64,000 nucleotides of DNA from Squalus acanthias (taxonomy: Eukaryota), in the NCBI GenBank assembly GCA_030390025.1, contig CM059432.1, forward strand, positions 1,178,001-1,242,000, in the 5' to 3' direction. Shown here in pieces: positions 1 through 15,269 of the stretch (position 1 is the first letter of the stretch; every line of letters begins with the position of its first letter). The position numbers were made by a program, and so were the translations under genes. The notes under the pieces were generated by a model. The model saw only the letters and a list, made by a program, of their open reading frames with translations, did no database searches and was not told where the DNA came from.

Positions 1-268
1 CTTCTTGTGTTCTTTAGATTTGAGGTTCGGATCAGATCAGCCATGATCTCATTGAATGGCGGAGCAGGCTCGAGGGGCCGATTGGCCTACTCCTGCTCCT
101 ATTTCTTATATTGCAGGCTTGGGATTGAGGTGACATTACTGTCAATCGCTCGATACGTTACTTCATTTCACCAGTTTGTCTTTCTCTGTTTACCAAAGTT
201 ATCTAACCATTGGGAAAAGCTATGGGCTGACAGTAATTGGGCCCTTTACACTTGTTACGCCATATTAA

Positions 269-418
<150 letters not shown>

Positions 419-796
419 TGAGTTTCGGTGAAAACTTTTCTTCAATGCTTCTGCGTTGAAAGTTTATATAGATAACCCTCAGAAAATTTCCATCTGTAAT
501 AATTCATTGTATTTGTCTAGTATATTTAAAAGGAAAGAATTGAGCCCTTTTTATCCTATATTCAGTATTCCTTTCAATACTTTTTATTTTGCTGCCTTGA
601 GCTCAATATATGTCATGTTATCCACACTCTAACTCATGGGATTCATCACCCGGAAACAATGTCCTCACTGAAGTCAGTGCAAGACATGTTCTTAGGAGCG
701 TAATTCCAGATAGGGTGGGTGAGAGATCCTTACCAGTGGATTAGTTTGTTAATTCCTGGATAATCCTATATTCTTAGATCAAACTTCAGGATTTAA

Positions 797-2062
797 AATC
801 ATAGAAACTTACAGCACAGAAGGAGGCCATTCGGCCCATCGTGCCTGTGCCGGCTCTTTGAAAGAACAGTCGTGCTCAGTCCCACATCCCCGCTTTTTGT
901 CCTTAACCTTGTAAGTTCCTCACCCCCAAGAACCTGTCCCACTCCCTTTTTAAAATTATTTATGGAATCTGCTTCCACCACCTTTTCAGGTAGAGATTCC
1001 AGATCCCGACAACTCTGAGTGAAAAAAATTCTTATCATCTTCCCTCTAGATCTTTTGCCAATGATTTTGAATCAATGACCTCTGGTTATTGACCCACTCG
1101 CCAGAGGGGATATTTTTTCCCTATTTACTCTATCAAAACCTCTCAACATCTTAAACCTCTATTGGGTCACCTCTTGACTTCTGTTCCAAGGCGAACAGTC
1201 TGAACTTTTCCAACCTCTCCTCATAACTGAACTCCCTCATCCCTGGTAACATCCCGGTAAACCTCCTCTGTACCCTTTCTAATGCCTTTACATCTTTCCT
1301 GAAGTGTGCTGCCCAGAATTGTCCACAATACTCCAGCTGAGACCTAACCAGTGATTTATAAAATTCTAGTATGATCTCTTTGCTTTTATATTCTATTCCT
1401 CAATTTATAAACCCAAGTAACCCATATGCTTTTTTAACCACCTTATCAACTTGCCCTGCCACCTTTTAAGGATTTGTGCATATGGACACCAAGGTCTCTC
1501 TGCTCATTTACACTTTTCAGAATCGTGCCAGTTATAGTATACTGTCTTTCCATATTGTCATCCCAAAGTGCATCACTTCACACTTCTCCGCATTAAACTC
1601 CATCTGCCATGGTTCTGCCCATTTCACCATCCTGTCGGTCATCCTGAAGCCTATAGCTGTCCTCATCACTAGCTGCTGCGTTGCCAAGTTTTGTATCATC
1701 TGTAAACTTTATAATGCTGCTCCCTACACCCGAGTCTAGGTCATTCACAAAAAGTGCAAAGAGTAATGGACCCAAAACTGACCCTTGGGGAACACCACTG
1801 CAAACTTACCTCCCTGTCTGAAAAACATCCATCTACTACCGCCCTTTGCTTCTTCTCGCTGAGCCAATTCCGTATCCACACCGTCACTTTCCCCTTAATG
1901 GGCTTGCTGCATCTTAACAAGCCTCCTGTGTGGCACTTTGTCCAATGCCTGCCGAAAGTCCATATATATATATATATATATAACATCTACTGCGCTCCCT
2001 TGATCAACCTTCTCTGTTACTTCATCAAAGAATTCCATCAAGTTAGTCAGGCACGATTTACC
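797..2062 (-). mobile_element. 5'-truncated CR1 LINE (RT and 3' end), degraded
   Basis: Minus-strand peptides KGKSCLTNLMEFFDEVT, DKVPHRRL, GPLLFALFVNDLD, KFTDDTKLG; CR1 tail near 797; (TA)n at about 1962-1981. Confidence 0.9.
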
Positions 2063-2296
2063 TTTAGTGGCAGTCATTTTCATGGTGCCAAATACAATTA
2101 TATCTCCCTGTGCTGCAGTGTCCAGCATCCTTGCCCCTTTATTAGCTAGTCATCACAGATCAAACCATGTGCAGCACCGTACCCTGGTGAGCACAAGGTG
2201 CTGAACGGATTGAGGGGCCTACTAGGTACCTCTTTCACAGGACTGCTTCGGTATTTTTAAAAAAGCTGCTTTGGCGGTTTTGGTCAATTCAGCTAA

Positions 2297-2737
<441 letters not shown>

Positions 2738-2811
2738 TGAGTAGGTGTATAAGTATTTAATTTTTTTATTTTTGACAACTCCAACTATAGCACGATGCAT
2801 TTGAGTAAATT

Positions 2812-3172
2812 AGAACATGAAATGGGAGCAGGAGTAGGCCATATGGCCCTTCGAGCCTGCTCCGCCATTCAATAAGATCATGGCTGATCCTCTGCATCAA
2901 CTGCACTTTCCCGCCCGATCCCCATATCCCTCAAGTCCCTTAATGCCCAAGAATCTATCGATCTCGGTCTTGAATATACTCAATGATATAGAGCATCCAC
3001 AGCTCGCTGGGGTAGAGAAAACCAAAGATTCACAGTCCCCTGAGTGAAGAAAATTCACCTCATCTCAGCCCTAAATGGCCGACCCTTATCCTGAGACTAT
3101 GACCCCTAATACTGGACTCTCCAGCCAGGGGCAATAGCCTCTCAGCATCTACCCTGTCAAGCCCTCTAAGAT
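2812..3172 (-). mobile_element. CR1 LINE 3' fragment
   Basis: Same 3' UTR and ORF2 end as the copies at 35970-36543 and 48400-48875. Confidence 0.85.
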
Positions 3173-3596
3173 ACCCCTCTATTGCTGTGATAACACTCAG
3201 AGCAACTTTCCTTTCATCTTGTGACATTTAGTGCAGAGGTTATGGGGAGGGAGCCTGCTGGATGAAATTGAAACAGGTCAGCTTATTGATAGTCTTTTTG
3301 TTGCAGTGTTGTGTTGGCACAAGTGATTCACATTTGCGTGTGCCGAGCTTGTTTATGACTTTGGAAAAAATGTACTTTTATCATATTTCACAAACCACAT
3401 CTGAAATCTCATTTCCTGTAGTTTATTAGATGCTTCCTGTGGTGATTCCTTCTGTACATGGCAAAAAATATTGCAGCTGAGGTAGTTTTAAATTTTGGAC
3501 ATGTGCTGAGAATTGAAAAGTCTGAGGCTAAAAGCTATGGTTTTTTTAAATGAAGCCATTGGGTATTGTGCCCATACTTTCAGCAAACATGCTAGA

Positions 3597-4020
3597 AAAG
3601 AAAGACATGCATTTATATAGTGCCTTTCATGACCTCGGGATGTCCCAAAGCCCTTTACAGCCAATTAATTACTTTAGTCTTGGTTATAATGTAGGAAACG
3701 CAGCAGCCAATTTACACACAGCAAGCTCCCACAAACAGCAATGTGATAATGACCAGATCATCTGTTTAATTGATGTTGGTTGAGGGATAAATATTGGCCA
3801 GGACACCGGGTAGAACACCCCTACTCTTTTTTTCAAAATAGTCCTGTGGGTTCTTTTACATCCACCTGAGAGGGCAGACAGGGCCTCGGTTTAACGTCTC
3901 ATCCAAAAGACGGCCCCTCCGACAGTGCAGCACTCCCTCAGTACTGCCCCTCCGACAGTGCGGCGCTCCCTCAGTACTGCCCCTCCAACAGTGCAGCGCT
4001 CCCTTAGTACTGCACTGGAC
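3597..4020 (-). mobile_element. DeuSINE (SacSINE1-like) with 3 tandem 33-bp units
   Basis: Deu-domain core (rc cagtgcagtactgagggagtgctgcactgtcggagg...gttaaaccgaggccc) and L2-like tail; same family as 41550-42060. Confidence 0.8.
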
Positions 4021-5064
4021 TACAGAGAAGTGACTTTGTCTTGAAGTGATTAATATTCAGACTAGCAATGGAGTGTTGACTGACTGTTTCATTGCTCTTG
4101 TGTATATGCCCTTGTGTTTATGAAGGCATCCGTATCAAACTAGAGTGAATTATATTGTCTGATTGTTATTCCCTAGTCTCCTATTTTGTTGCTCAAGTTA
4201 TGGGCTGGTATTCAGTAATTATCTTAGCTACTGATAGCAGTCTTTTAATTTAAAAATTATTCCAGTTCATAGAATTGTACAGTACAGAGGGAGGCCATTC
4301 AGCCCATCGTGCCTGTGCTGACTCTTATGAAAGAGCTATCCAATTAGTCCACTCCCCTGCTCTTTCCCTATAGCCCTGCAAATTTCTCCTTTTCACATGT
4401 ATATTCAATTCCTCTAGACACAAAAGGCATCAAGGGGTATGGGGAGAGAACGGGAATATGGTATTGAGATAGAGGATCAGCCAAGATCTTGAATGGCGGA
4501 CGAGGCTCGAAGGGCCAAATGGCCTACTCATGCTCCTATTTTTCTATGTTTCTATTTAAAGTTACTTTCAGGCAGTGCATTCCAGATCATCATAACTCGC
4601 TGAATTTAAAAAATATATATATTCTCATCTTCTACCTACCACACCCCCGCGCCCCCGGGGATCTTTTGCTAGTTCTACAGTATTGCTGTAGCATAGTCAC
4701 TTTGTTTAAACTCTGTAGTGTGAATTCAGCATTTTGAGATTTTAAGGTGATGCGGGAACAATTCTATGGATAGAAGGAATGTGCATATACATTCCATAGC
4801 TGTTCTTGCTTTGGCTCAAGAACATTGAAGAAGTCTATCTGATCAATCTTGACTTAAAGAAAGAAGGACTTGCATTTATATAGCGCCTTCCAGCCAATGA
4901 AGCTGGTTTGTGAGCCGCCTTCATCTCCTTGACATGGGTTTTCATTGCATCCACCATATTCTTTGTGTCTTTCAATGACTGTGCGGTACAGTTGGCTTGT
5001 TCAATGTTGAACGACTGCTGCATTACGTTGTCCCTATGGTGTTCATACGTCTAGCCTTAAATTA

Positions 5065-6162
5065 TTTTTTTTTTTAATTCATTCACGGGATGTGGGCAAA
5101 GCTGGCAAGGCCAGCATTTATTGCCCATCCCTAACTGCCCTTGAGAAGATGGTGGTGAGCTGCCACCTTGACAACTGAGTGGCTTGCTAGGCCATTTCAG
5201 AGAGCAGGTTAGAGTCAACCACATTGCTGTGGGTCTGGAGTCACATTTAAGCTTGACCAGGTAAGGGCGGCAGATTTCCTTCCCTAAAGGACATTAGTGA
5301 ACCAGATGGGTTTTTACGACAATCCGGTAGTTTCATGGTCAACATTACTGACACTAGCTTTTTATTCAACAACCACTTGTATTTATATAGCGCCTTTAAC
5401 CTAGTAAAATGTCCCAAGGTGCTGCACAGGAGTACTATAAGAGAAAAAATTTGACACCGATCCACATAAGGATAAATTAAGGCAGGTGACCAAAAGCTTG
5501 GTCAAAGAGGTAGGTTTTAAGGAGCGTCTTAAAGGAGGAAAGAGAGGTAGCGAGGCGGACTGTTTAGGCAGGGAATTCCTGAGCTTAGGGCCGAGGCAAT
5601 AGAAGGCACGGCCACCAAAGGTTGAGCGATTATAATCAGGGATGCTCAAGAGGGCAGAATTAGAGGAGCGCAGATATCTCTGGGTGGGTTGGGGTGGGGG
5701 GGGGGGGGGTTGTGGGGCTGAAGGAGATTAGAGAGATGGGAAGGGGCGAGGGATTTGAAAACAAGGATGAGAATTTTGAAATCGAGGCGCTGCTTAACTG
5801 GGAACCAATGTAGGTCAGCGAGCACAGGGGTGACGGGCGAACGGGACTTGGTGCGAGTTAGGACACAGGCAGCCGAGTTTTGGATGACCTCAAGTTTACG
5901 TAGGGTGGAATGTGGGAGGCCAGGCCAGGAGTGCGTTGGAATAGTCAAGTCTAGAGGTAACAAAGGCATGGATGAGGGTTTCAGCAGCGGTTGAGCTGAG
6001 GCAAGGGCGGAGACAGGCGATGTTACGGAGGTGGTTGTTGTTGTCGCTTTTTATTCCAGAATTATTTAACTGAATTTAAATTCCCCAGCTGCCGTGGTGG
6101 GATTTGAACTCATGTCTCCGGATCATTAGTCCAGTAACATAACCAGTATGCTACCGTTCCCG
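5065..6162 (-). mobile_element. tRNA-derived SINE (5065-5365 and 6045-6162) split by an L2 LINE 3' fragment (about 5370-6040)
   Basis: Outer parts are the reverse complement of 37211-37666; inner part encodes LRKLEVIQNSAACVLT...LHWFPVKQRLDFKIL. Confidence 0.8.
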
Positions 6163-8164
6163 AATAATGTGTCCCAGACCAGTAGCTTTCCTTCGTGTGA
6201 TAGTTCCACGGGCTCAGCATCCACTATATTTGCACATACATTTAATCTTTCTGTGCCTATCCTTGTAACCCTAAATGCTAAAAGTCTAATTTATCTATTT
6301 TAAAAAAGGTATTAATTCTGCTTTATCTGGGAACCTATTCCACATTTTCACTGCGCTCGGGGAGGGAGAGAGAGAGAAGAGAGGGAGGAGGTGGATGAAA
6401 TAGTCCTTCCAGTCTTGTCAGTTTTATACTTTCCCTCTAATTCTGGCATCTCAAGTTAAATAATCTGTGCGCATCCAAGTTGTTGTTTCCTCTCTATTTT
6501 AAAAGGCTGTGTCGTTTCTCTTAATATAGTAAGAGTTCACTTGTTAAGGTGCAGAGCTGGTAATCACAGCCCTGGTTGGCTTATTCTGCAATTGATACGA
6601 AGCTCCGTCCTGATTCAGATCATCAAAGTCCTGTGTGTTTTTTGTATAAATTTTGGCCGGGCCAATATATTGTGAAGATAAAATGTAATTGCTCTCAAAA
6701 GGATTTGTTTTGTCTAGGGCCTGAGGGTAGAGTGACTACTCAGTATTGGCTAGGAGCATTTGATAGTATTGGGGGTGTTCACCCAGCTGCTCTCCTGTCG
6801 CGGAGTCATTGGCCCGGAATTTGTGGTGGGTAATAACAGCGAATGAACAGGAAAGTGGGTCACCTGAGTGCAAAGGCAGTTACAGTATTTGTATTGGCGG
6901 GGCTATTGGATACCTTCTGAAAAGAAGGCCGTAACTAGACAAATGCTGAAGGTAAAAGCTTGCTGAAGTCATGGATATTCGATTTCAACCTTCACTGACT
7001 ACATTGGTGGCAACAGAGGCAACGCACCAGTGTACAAAAGAGCACCAGAGGAAAAAGTCAGCTGCTCTGTCTGCTTGGTCACAAATGTTCTGTTTGCCTT
7101 CCTTGCTGATGCTCATCTGAGACACATCTACAGCAGGGTGCCTTTTTCTAAACTGCACCATCTCGCCTTTTTAAAGATAAAATAGTAATTGGAGAAAAAT
7201 TAAAGCAGTTCATTTCGGGTGCAAAAAAAATACATTTGATTTGTTAGCAAGATGCTATTTTTGTGCAGTCGTTTAATCTTCTATTAATGCAAACCAAATT
7301 CTAATGCTTACATGACCTCTGCTATATTTTCCAGGTAAGCTGCAGGTGTAAGCATTGAGATTACGAACAGTCTGAACACCTACGCAATACATTGATGTCA
7401 TGCCTTAAGAAATAATCTAGTGCAATCTAGTTTTGTACCTCCAAACACACGCACTTGGTAAACCCAATGGCCTGCTAAAACTGGCTTTATTCCAGTATCT
7501 GTCAAAGAAACTACCGCTGTGAAGGAGAATAGAGCCAACCTTGGTAGGGTCACCATGTCGGAGTCCATTTTTGTCTGACTGTGCTTTTGTGAAGTGCCTT
7601 GGGATGTTTTTCTACGTTAAAGACACGATATAAACTCCTCCTCTTACTACTTCTCCTTCTGTTGATTTTCTCTGAACGCCATCCCCTTTCCTGACTCGCT
7701 TGGGTTGAACCAGATGGCGTACTTAGATATAATTTCAAACCCCATATACTATCCATTTCTAAGATCGCATACTTCCATCCTCTGCAGCATTTCCTGCCTT
7801 TATTCCTACCACATGCCCGTCACCACTGTCACACTTGTTAACTCCAGACCCTACTTCACTTGCTCCCTTTCTTTCTACCTATATAAACGTCAGTTTGTCT
7901 AATACACTGCCACTTGTATCCTGTCCCAAACCAAGTCTTGTTTTCCCATCACCCTATTTCACAGGCCTGTATTTGCTCCGTGTTTCATCATGCAGTCAGT
8001 TGCAAACCTTTGTTCTTTGAAAATTCCTCCAAGGCCCTGACCAACCCTAGCTCTGTAGACTTCTCCAGCCCATCCCTTGTGGTCCCGTGACTGGCTTTCT
8101 GTGCCCTCACCCATGTCGTTTCCATTGCCGATGACTGTTGCATCAAGCTCTGATGGGTCCAATA

Positions 8165-8980
8165 TAACGTGCATTTGTATAGCGCCTTTAATGTAGTAAA
8201 AACGTCCCAAGGCGCTTCACCGGAGCATAATCAGATTAAAAATTGACACTGAACCACATAAAGAGATATTGGGACAGGTGACCAAAAGCTTGGTCAAAGG
8301 GGTTGGTTTTAAGGAGCGATTTGAAGGAGGAGATAGCGGCAGAGAGGTTTAGGGAGGGAATTCCAGAGACAGCTGAAGGCACGGCCACCAATGATAGGGT
8401 GATGGAAATTGGGGATGCACGAGGCCAGAGTTGGAGGAGCGCAGAGATCTCGGAAGGTCGTAGGGCTGGAGGAGGTTACAGAGATAGGGAGGGGCGAGGA
8501 CATGGAGGGATTTGAAAACCAGGATGAGAATTTTAAAATCGAGGCATTGTTTAACCGGGAGCCAATGTAGGTCAGCGAGCACAGGGGGTGATGGGTGAAC
8601 GGGACTTGGTGCGAGTTAGGTCACGGGCAGCAGAGTTTTGGATGACCTCTAGTTTACGGAGGGGAGAATGTGGGAGGCCGGCCAGGAGTGCATTGGAATA
8701 GTCAAGTCTTGACCTAACAGAGGCATGGATGAGGGTTTCAGCAGCAGGTGAGCTGAGGCAGGGGACGGAGTCAGGCGATGTTCCGGAGGTGGGAATAAGC
8801 GGTTTTAGTGATGGCGTGTATATGTGGTCGGAGGCTCATCTCTGGATCAAATACGACACCAAGGTTGTGAACAGTCTGGTTCAGCCACAGACAGATGCCA
8901 GGGAGAGGGATGGAGTCGATGGCTAGGGAAGGGAGTTTATAACGGGGATCGAAGACAATGACTTCGGTCTTCCCAATATT
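8165..8980 (-). mobile_element. L2 LINE 3' fragment
   Basis: LADLHWLPVKQCLDFKILILVFKSL; tail rc ggcgctatacaaatgca; homologous to 16830-17645. Confidence 0.88.
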
Positions 8981-8996
8981 TCAAGGGCGCAAGTTG

Positions 8997-9100
8997 AGTT
9001 CTGACGAAGGGTCATCGACCTGAAGCGTTAACTCTGTTTCTCTCTCCACAGATGCTGCCTGACCTGCTGAGTATTTCCAGCATTTTCTGTTTTTATTTCA
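8997..9100 (+). mobile_element. Penelope-like pseudo-LTR fragment containing a minimal hammerhead ribozyme (one core mutation)
   Basis: gagtt-CTGACGA-A-GGGTC-atc-GACCT-GAAG-CG-TT-aactc at 8996-9034; flanked by tatttcaagggc(g/a)caagttg at 8977-8996 and 9094-9113. Confidence 0.75.
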
Positions 9101-9468
9101 AGGGCACAAGTTGTTCAGAGAACTGCAAATGTATTTAATTGTTGTTGTTTTGAAAGAGATTGTTTTGGGAGATTGCATGAGGCATTATAACCTAGTGAGA
9201 TATATTTCCTGTAGTGTTACTTCCTAAACCTAATTCATAGACCATATCATCTTGGGCTTTAAACCATCAGGACGTTGTTTGTCCATCAGTTGGAGAGACC
9301 AGGAGATGTCGTGTACTCATTTCCAGTCAGCTTATCAGCAGCATAAAACGGTTCATTGTTCACCCAGGCATGCTACTTCCCAGATTGCTTCACTGATAAC
9401 GTCCAGTTTTGGCCTTGCACATGGGCTTGCCTGCAGAAAGCAGTCCTCTCACTGGCCACAAGTAGTAG

Positions 9469-9969
<501 letters not shown>

Positions 9970-10387
9970 TAATTTTAACTAGAATTTGAACCCTTCACCA
10001 TTTGTGAGCATTTTGCTTGGATTAACTATTAATGAGCTTCGAATAATCTTTCAAGCTTGGGTCACTTTGAAGTCTCAAAGTGGAACAAGTCAGCTTCCTG
10101 AATCCTTTCTCTCAATTTTGAATTTCTGATACTGGAATAATCTTCATTCTTCACCTCTCATGTCTTCCAGGGCAGTAGTATCCTTTTTGTGGTTGGGTAG
10201 CCAGAATTATGTGTAGCCCGCCAGATGGCATGAAACCAGTGCCTCGTTACAGCACATTCTGCATTCATGTGTAAGCTAGTCTTGTGTTTATGAATTGAAA
10301 CCTTCCCCTTCTCATTCTCCTTCCCCCAAGCTGGTCTCTTGAGATTTACATCTTCTGTAGTGATTTAGTGAAACAACAAGAAAGAAT

Positions 10388-11109
10388 TTAACCACCGCCC
10401 CATGACATTCAACGGCATTACCACCGCCGAATCCCCCACCATCAACATCCTGGGGGGGGGTCACCATTGACCAGAAACTTAACTGGACCAGCCACATAAA
10501 TACTGTGGCTACAAGAGCAGGTCAGAGGCTGGGTATTCTGCGGCGAGTGTCTCACCTCCTGACTCCCCAAAGCCTTTCCACCATCTACAAGGCACAAGTC
10601 AGGAGTCTGATGGAATACTCTCCACTTGCCTGGATGAGTGCAGCTCCAACAACACTCAAGAAGCTCGACACCATCCAGGACAAAGCAGCCCACTTGATTG
10701 GCACCCCATCCGCCATCTTAAACATTCACTCCCTCCACCACCCTGTGGCTGCAGTGTGTACCATCTACAAGATGCACTGCAGCAACTCGCCAAGGCTTCT
10801 TCGACGGCACCTCCCAAACCTGCGACCTCTACCACCTAGAAGGACAAGGGCAGCAGGCACATGGGAACATCACCTCCTCCAAGTCACACACCATCCTGAC
10901 TTGGAAGTATATCGGCCGTTCCTTCATTGTCGCTGGGTCAAAATCCTGGAACTCCCTCCCTAACAGCACTGTGGGAGCACCTTCACCACACGGACTGCAG
11001 CGGTTCAAGAAGGCGGCCCACCACCACCGTCTCGACGCCAATTAGGGATCAGCAATAAATGCCGGTCTTGCCAGCGACGCCCACATCCCATGAACTAATA
11101 AAAAAAAAA
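10388..11109 (+). mobile_element. CR1/L2-group LINE (second family, A-tailed), 3' fragment
   Basis: AGQRLGILRRVSHLL...IYKAQVRSLMEYSPLAW ORF2 C-terminus plus A tail; other copies at 12690-13099(+), 20195-20943(-), 53140-53475(-), 55480-55626(-). Confidence 0.85.
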
Positions 11110-11489
11110 GCCTTGTTCTCTCAACATTCATTAAGGATGTCATACTTACCAACTTACTGGTTTTAAGCTGATAGTTCAGTTCAACCCATGTAGAAAAATC
11201 AATTATGGTTTACTAGTAGTGTTGGATTATTAACCAATAAGATGTGTTGAAAGGCACGATTGGAGCATGTCAAAATCGAAGGTTACTTTTCATATATATA
11301 AATGCAAGTTGTTGTTGTCTTCACAATGCCACTGGTTGCATGAGACATGTACCAGGGATGCTGGTGGCAGAAGAATCATCATCTAAAAGCAACTACCTTA
11401 TGGAACAAAAGAAGCAAAATATCTCCCGTGTATGCTGGAAGTGTTGTGAGCAGGCATGGTTTTAAAAACTCTCTTTTGTTTTTCTTTAG

Positions 11490-11606
<117 letters not shown>

Positions 11607-12029
11607 TGAGGTTTGTAATTGGGGGTTTTAAAGGAACGATTTATTCTGCATGATTTATGACCTCCATAATGTATCTCTGCGCAGGATGAAGTGAGGTCAT
11701 ATTGTGTACAAGACTGCTTTGCAATTCATCCAGGGTATATACTTGCATTTCTGTAGTGCTCATGTGCAGAGAGATTGAAGTAATGACTATTCTCCTTGGA
11801 TGTGGTGGTGGGAGGTGGGTGGCGGCGGGGAGGAACAGAGAAGGAATATTAAAAGGTAAGTGAGTGTGAGTTCGTTTTGGATTTTAGGTGGTTCAAAGGT
11901 GATTATCCTGGTGATGGAAGTTTGGAATTAAGTCAGCCAGCTCTGGCTCAATCAGTAGTCTTTATTCATAAACCGAGTAGGTCCACAGTACTCCAGTGGT
12001 CTGTTTTTTATCAGCCAGTCTGGTCACTA

Positions 12030-12368
12030 ATGGAGGGGGATTAACAGGATAGATGCTGAGAGGTTGTTTCCACTGGCTGGAGAGTCTAGAACTAGGGGGC
12101 ATAGTCTCAGGATAAGACTGAGATGAGGAGGAATTTCTTCAGAGGCTTGTGAATCTTTGGAATTCTCTGCCCCAAAGAGCTGTGGATGCTGAATCTTTGA
12201 GTATATTCAAGGCTGAGATAGATAGATTTTTGGACTCATGGGGAATCAAGGGATATGGAGATCGGGCGGGAAAGTAGAGTTGAGGTCGAAGATCAGCCAT
12301 GGTCTTATTGAATGGCGGAGTAGGCTTGAGGAGCAGTTTAGCCTATTCCTGCTCCTAATTCTTATGTA
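12030..12368 (+). mobile_element. CR1 LINE 3' fragment
   Basis: ORF2 end (DRIDAERLFPLAGESRTRGHS) and CR1 3' UTR. Confidence 0.85.
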
Positions 12369-13512
12369 ACCCGGAGAGTAGACCTGTCATTAGAGGCTGG
12401 GATTCTTCCCACTCAATATCCTAACTGTTATTTGCCCATCTAGCCTACTCATTCGACTTCCTAGTTATATTTAATTCTAATAACCTTGAATTCAATTCAC
12501 TGACTGGACCGTGTCTGGTCCCTTTTTTTGACTGCCATCGGTTTCCTATTCCAGCACCCTAGCTGGTTTTGGTAAGCTGCATGGTTTTAGCTGGTTAAAC
12601 TCCAGCAGTATTCTCTTTTTTATGGGGGTGGAAAGCCTAGGTTCTGCCAACATTCATCTAAGCCCTCTGAACTTGGCTAAGTGGGAGACACTTAAACATT
12701 CACTCCCTCCACCACCGGCGCACCATGGCTGCAGCGTGTACCATCGACAAGATGCACTGCAGCAACTCACCAAGGCTTCTTCAACGGCACCTCCCAAGCC
12801 CGCGACCTCTACCACCTAGAAGGACAAGGGCAGCAGGCACATGGGAACATCACCACCTCCAAGTTCCCCTCCAAGTCACACACCGTCCTGACTTGGAAAT
12901 ATATTGCTATTCCTTCATCGTCGCTGGGTCAAAATCCTGGAACTCCCTACTAACAGCACTGTGGAAGTACCTTCACTGCACGGACTGCAGCGGTTCAAGA
13001 AGGCGGCTCACCACCACCTTCTCGAGGGCAGTTAGGAATGGGCAATAAATGCCGGCCTTGCCAGCGACACCCACATCCCAGGAACGAATAAAAAAAAAGA
13101 CTGCAGTCCATTTTGGGCAAAGTGAAATTAGCCTGAGGGTGGCCATCATGGAGTTTGATGGGACTGTAGTCCAGAGGCACGTAGGTGTTTGTAGAAGTTA
13201 GAGGAAGGCTTTGGTTTTTGCTCGCATCTAGTTGGAGGAAGTTTGGACTGATCTAGATTATGTCTGCATTAGCAATTGGAGAGAGTGGTAGCAGCCCTGG
13301 GGTCAGTGGAGGAGATGGAGTACAAGATCAGAAATTTATGACGGACGTTGGAAGAATGGGGCAAGTTATCTTGTACAAGGTTCATGTCCTCCCTGTGATT
13401 TACCTGCGAGCACACACAATCACGCTAAAAATGTACTATGGCAGTAGATTCCCATCAGCCGAAGCTCACTCAACTCCTTCAGCACCGTGATGTTTTTTTT
13501 TAAAAGTTCCCC

Positions 13513-13967
13513 TTGAGGGACTTCAGTTATGTGGATAGACTGGAGAAGCTGGGGTTGTTCTTCTTAGAGCAGAGAAGGTTGAGAGGAGATTTGATAGAGG
13601 TGTTCAAAATCATGAGGGGTCTGGACAGAGTAGATAGAGAGAAACTGTTCCCATTGGCGGAAGGGTCGAGAACCAGAGGACACAGATTTAAGGTGATTGG
13701 CAAAAGAACCAAAGGCGACATGAGGAAAAACTTCTTTACTCAGCGAGTGGTTATGATCTGGAATGCACTGCCTGAGAGGGTGGTGGAGGCAGATTCAATC
13801 GCGGCTTTCAAAAGGGAATTGGATAAGTACCTGAAGGAAAAATTTTTGCAGGGCTACCGGAAAAGGGAGAGGGAACGGGACTAGCTGAAGTGCTCTTGCA
13901 GAGAGCCGGCACAGGCTCCAAGGACCGAATGGCCTCCTTCTGTGCTGTAAACATTCTATGATTCTAT
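13513..13967 (+). mobile_element. CR1 LINE 3' fragment
   Basis: [26 protein letters not shown]...NFFTQRVVMIWNALP; ends ATTCTATGATTCTAT (CR1 8-bp terminal repeat). Confidence 0.92.
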
Positions 13968-14394
13968 TGCATTTTCAGTGTAGGTTTGTGGTGCAGATTT
14001 ATAGAAGAAAAAGTGTCAGCCCACTGGGATAGAAATGGGATTTTTAAATTGGTAGCAGGGGTCCAACTGAAGTGAGGAGGGAAAATTTTCATTTAAATAT
14101 CGTAACGCTGGAGGAGCAGAGTAACATTTCAAAAGAATGCAATGGTCGAAATTTGGTGACTTGTAGCTTTGTAATATTGCATGGGGTATAGACCTTTTGT
14201 GGAGAAGGTGGGGGGGAACGAGGATTTAAATTTGGAGAGGGGGGTATGACTTGTATATTAGTTACGTTGCATGAAAATATATACAGTAGATGTATCTTTG
14301 CAATATATTAAATTGCTTAAAGGGTAAATGTTAATGTGACATTAGTTTGGGACCTGTGATTGAACCATTTGGTCTATATTTGTATTTAACTTGA

Positions 14395-14544
<150 letters not shown>

Positions 14545-15269
14545 TAATTTTTTTTTTAAAGAAGCAAATGCATTCTATAATAGTATCCTGTGTCATGTAC
14601 TGATAAATACAGGCCATCAATATGCTGCATGATCCAGATCTGAAGATATCCCGGATTTGCAGATCAAGATTTGTTGCGTGTAAAGTAATATGGAATAAAT
14701 TCACTCGTTTCAAGTTTGAGTTTTTTAACGGCCATTTTTTCCCCTAAGCAGAGTCTTTAAAAGATTTTAAAAATACCTTTGTAGATTATTAGTTCAGCAA
14801 CGCAGTTGGCAGAGAACAAGCCTTGTATGTACAATAAATCTGCATTCTTAGAATGGTCAGGGCAGATTTTTTTAAAAAGTAGAAACCACTCATTCTCAGA
14901 TCGGCCCCCATTTCTCGTGCTTGTGTTCTATCTGGTTACTGGCTATGATGAATATTCCTTCAGGCTGAAGTATAGGATCTAGAACTCTGCTATTTGACCC
15001 CATTCCAGTAAGATAAATATATACAAAAAAGAAATTGCCTACTTTGGTAGTGTTTTGTCTGTCTTCAAAGAAGCATCTTCCACATGCTGTTGGAATGTCC
15101 CGGCGCTGGGACGCACTCTTGGAAGAATCATGAAGAGGGACTGCCTCCCTTCAAGACTTTTTTGTGATATTGTAACATTACTAAGTCTGAGGTGATCCTT
15201 CCTTACCCATAAAAGGTAAGCTCTGCCCTTTAGATGTCCTAGTTCTTATTAAAACAATTACTCTCTCTC

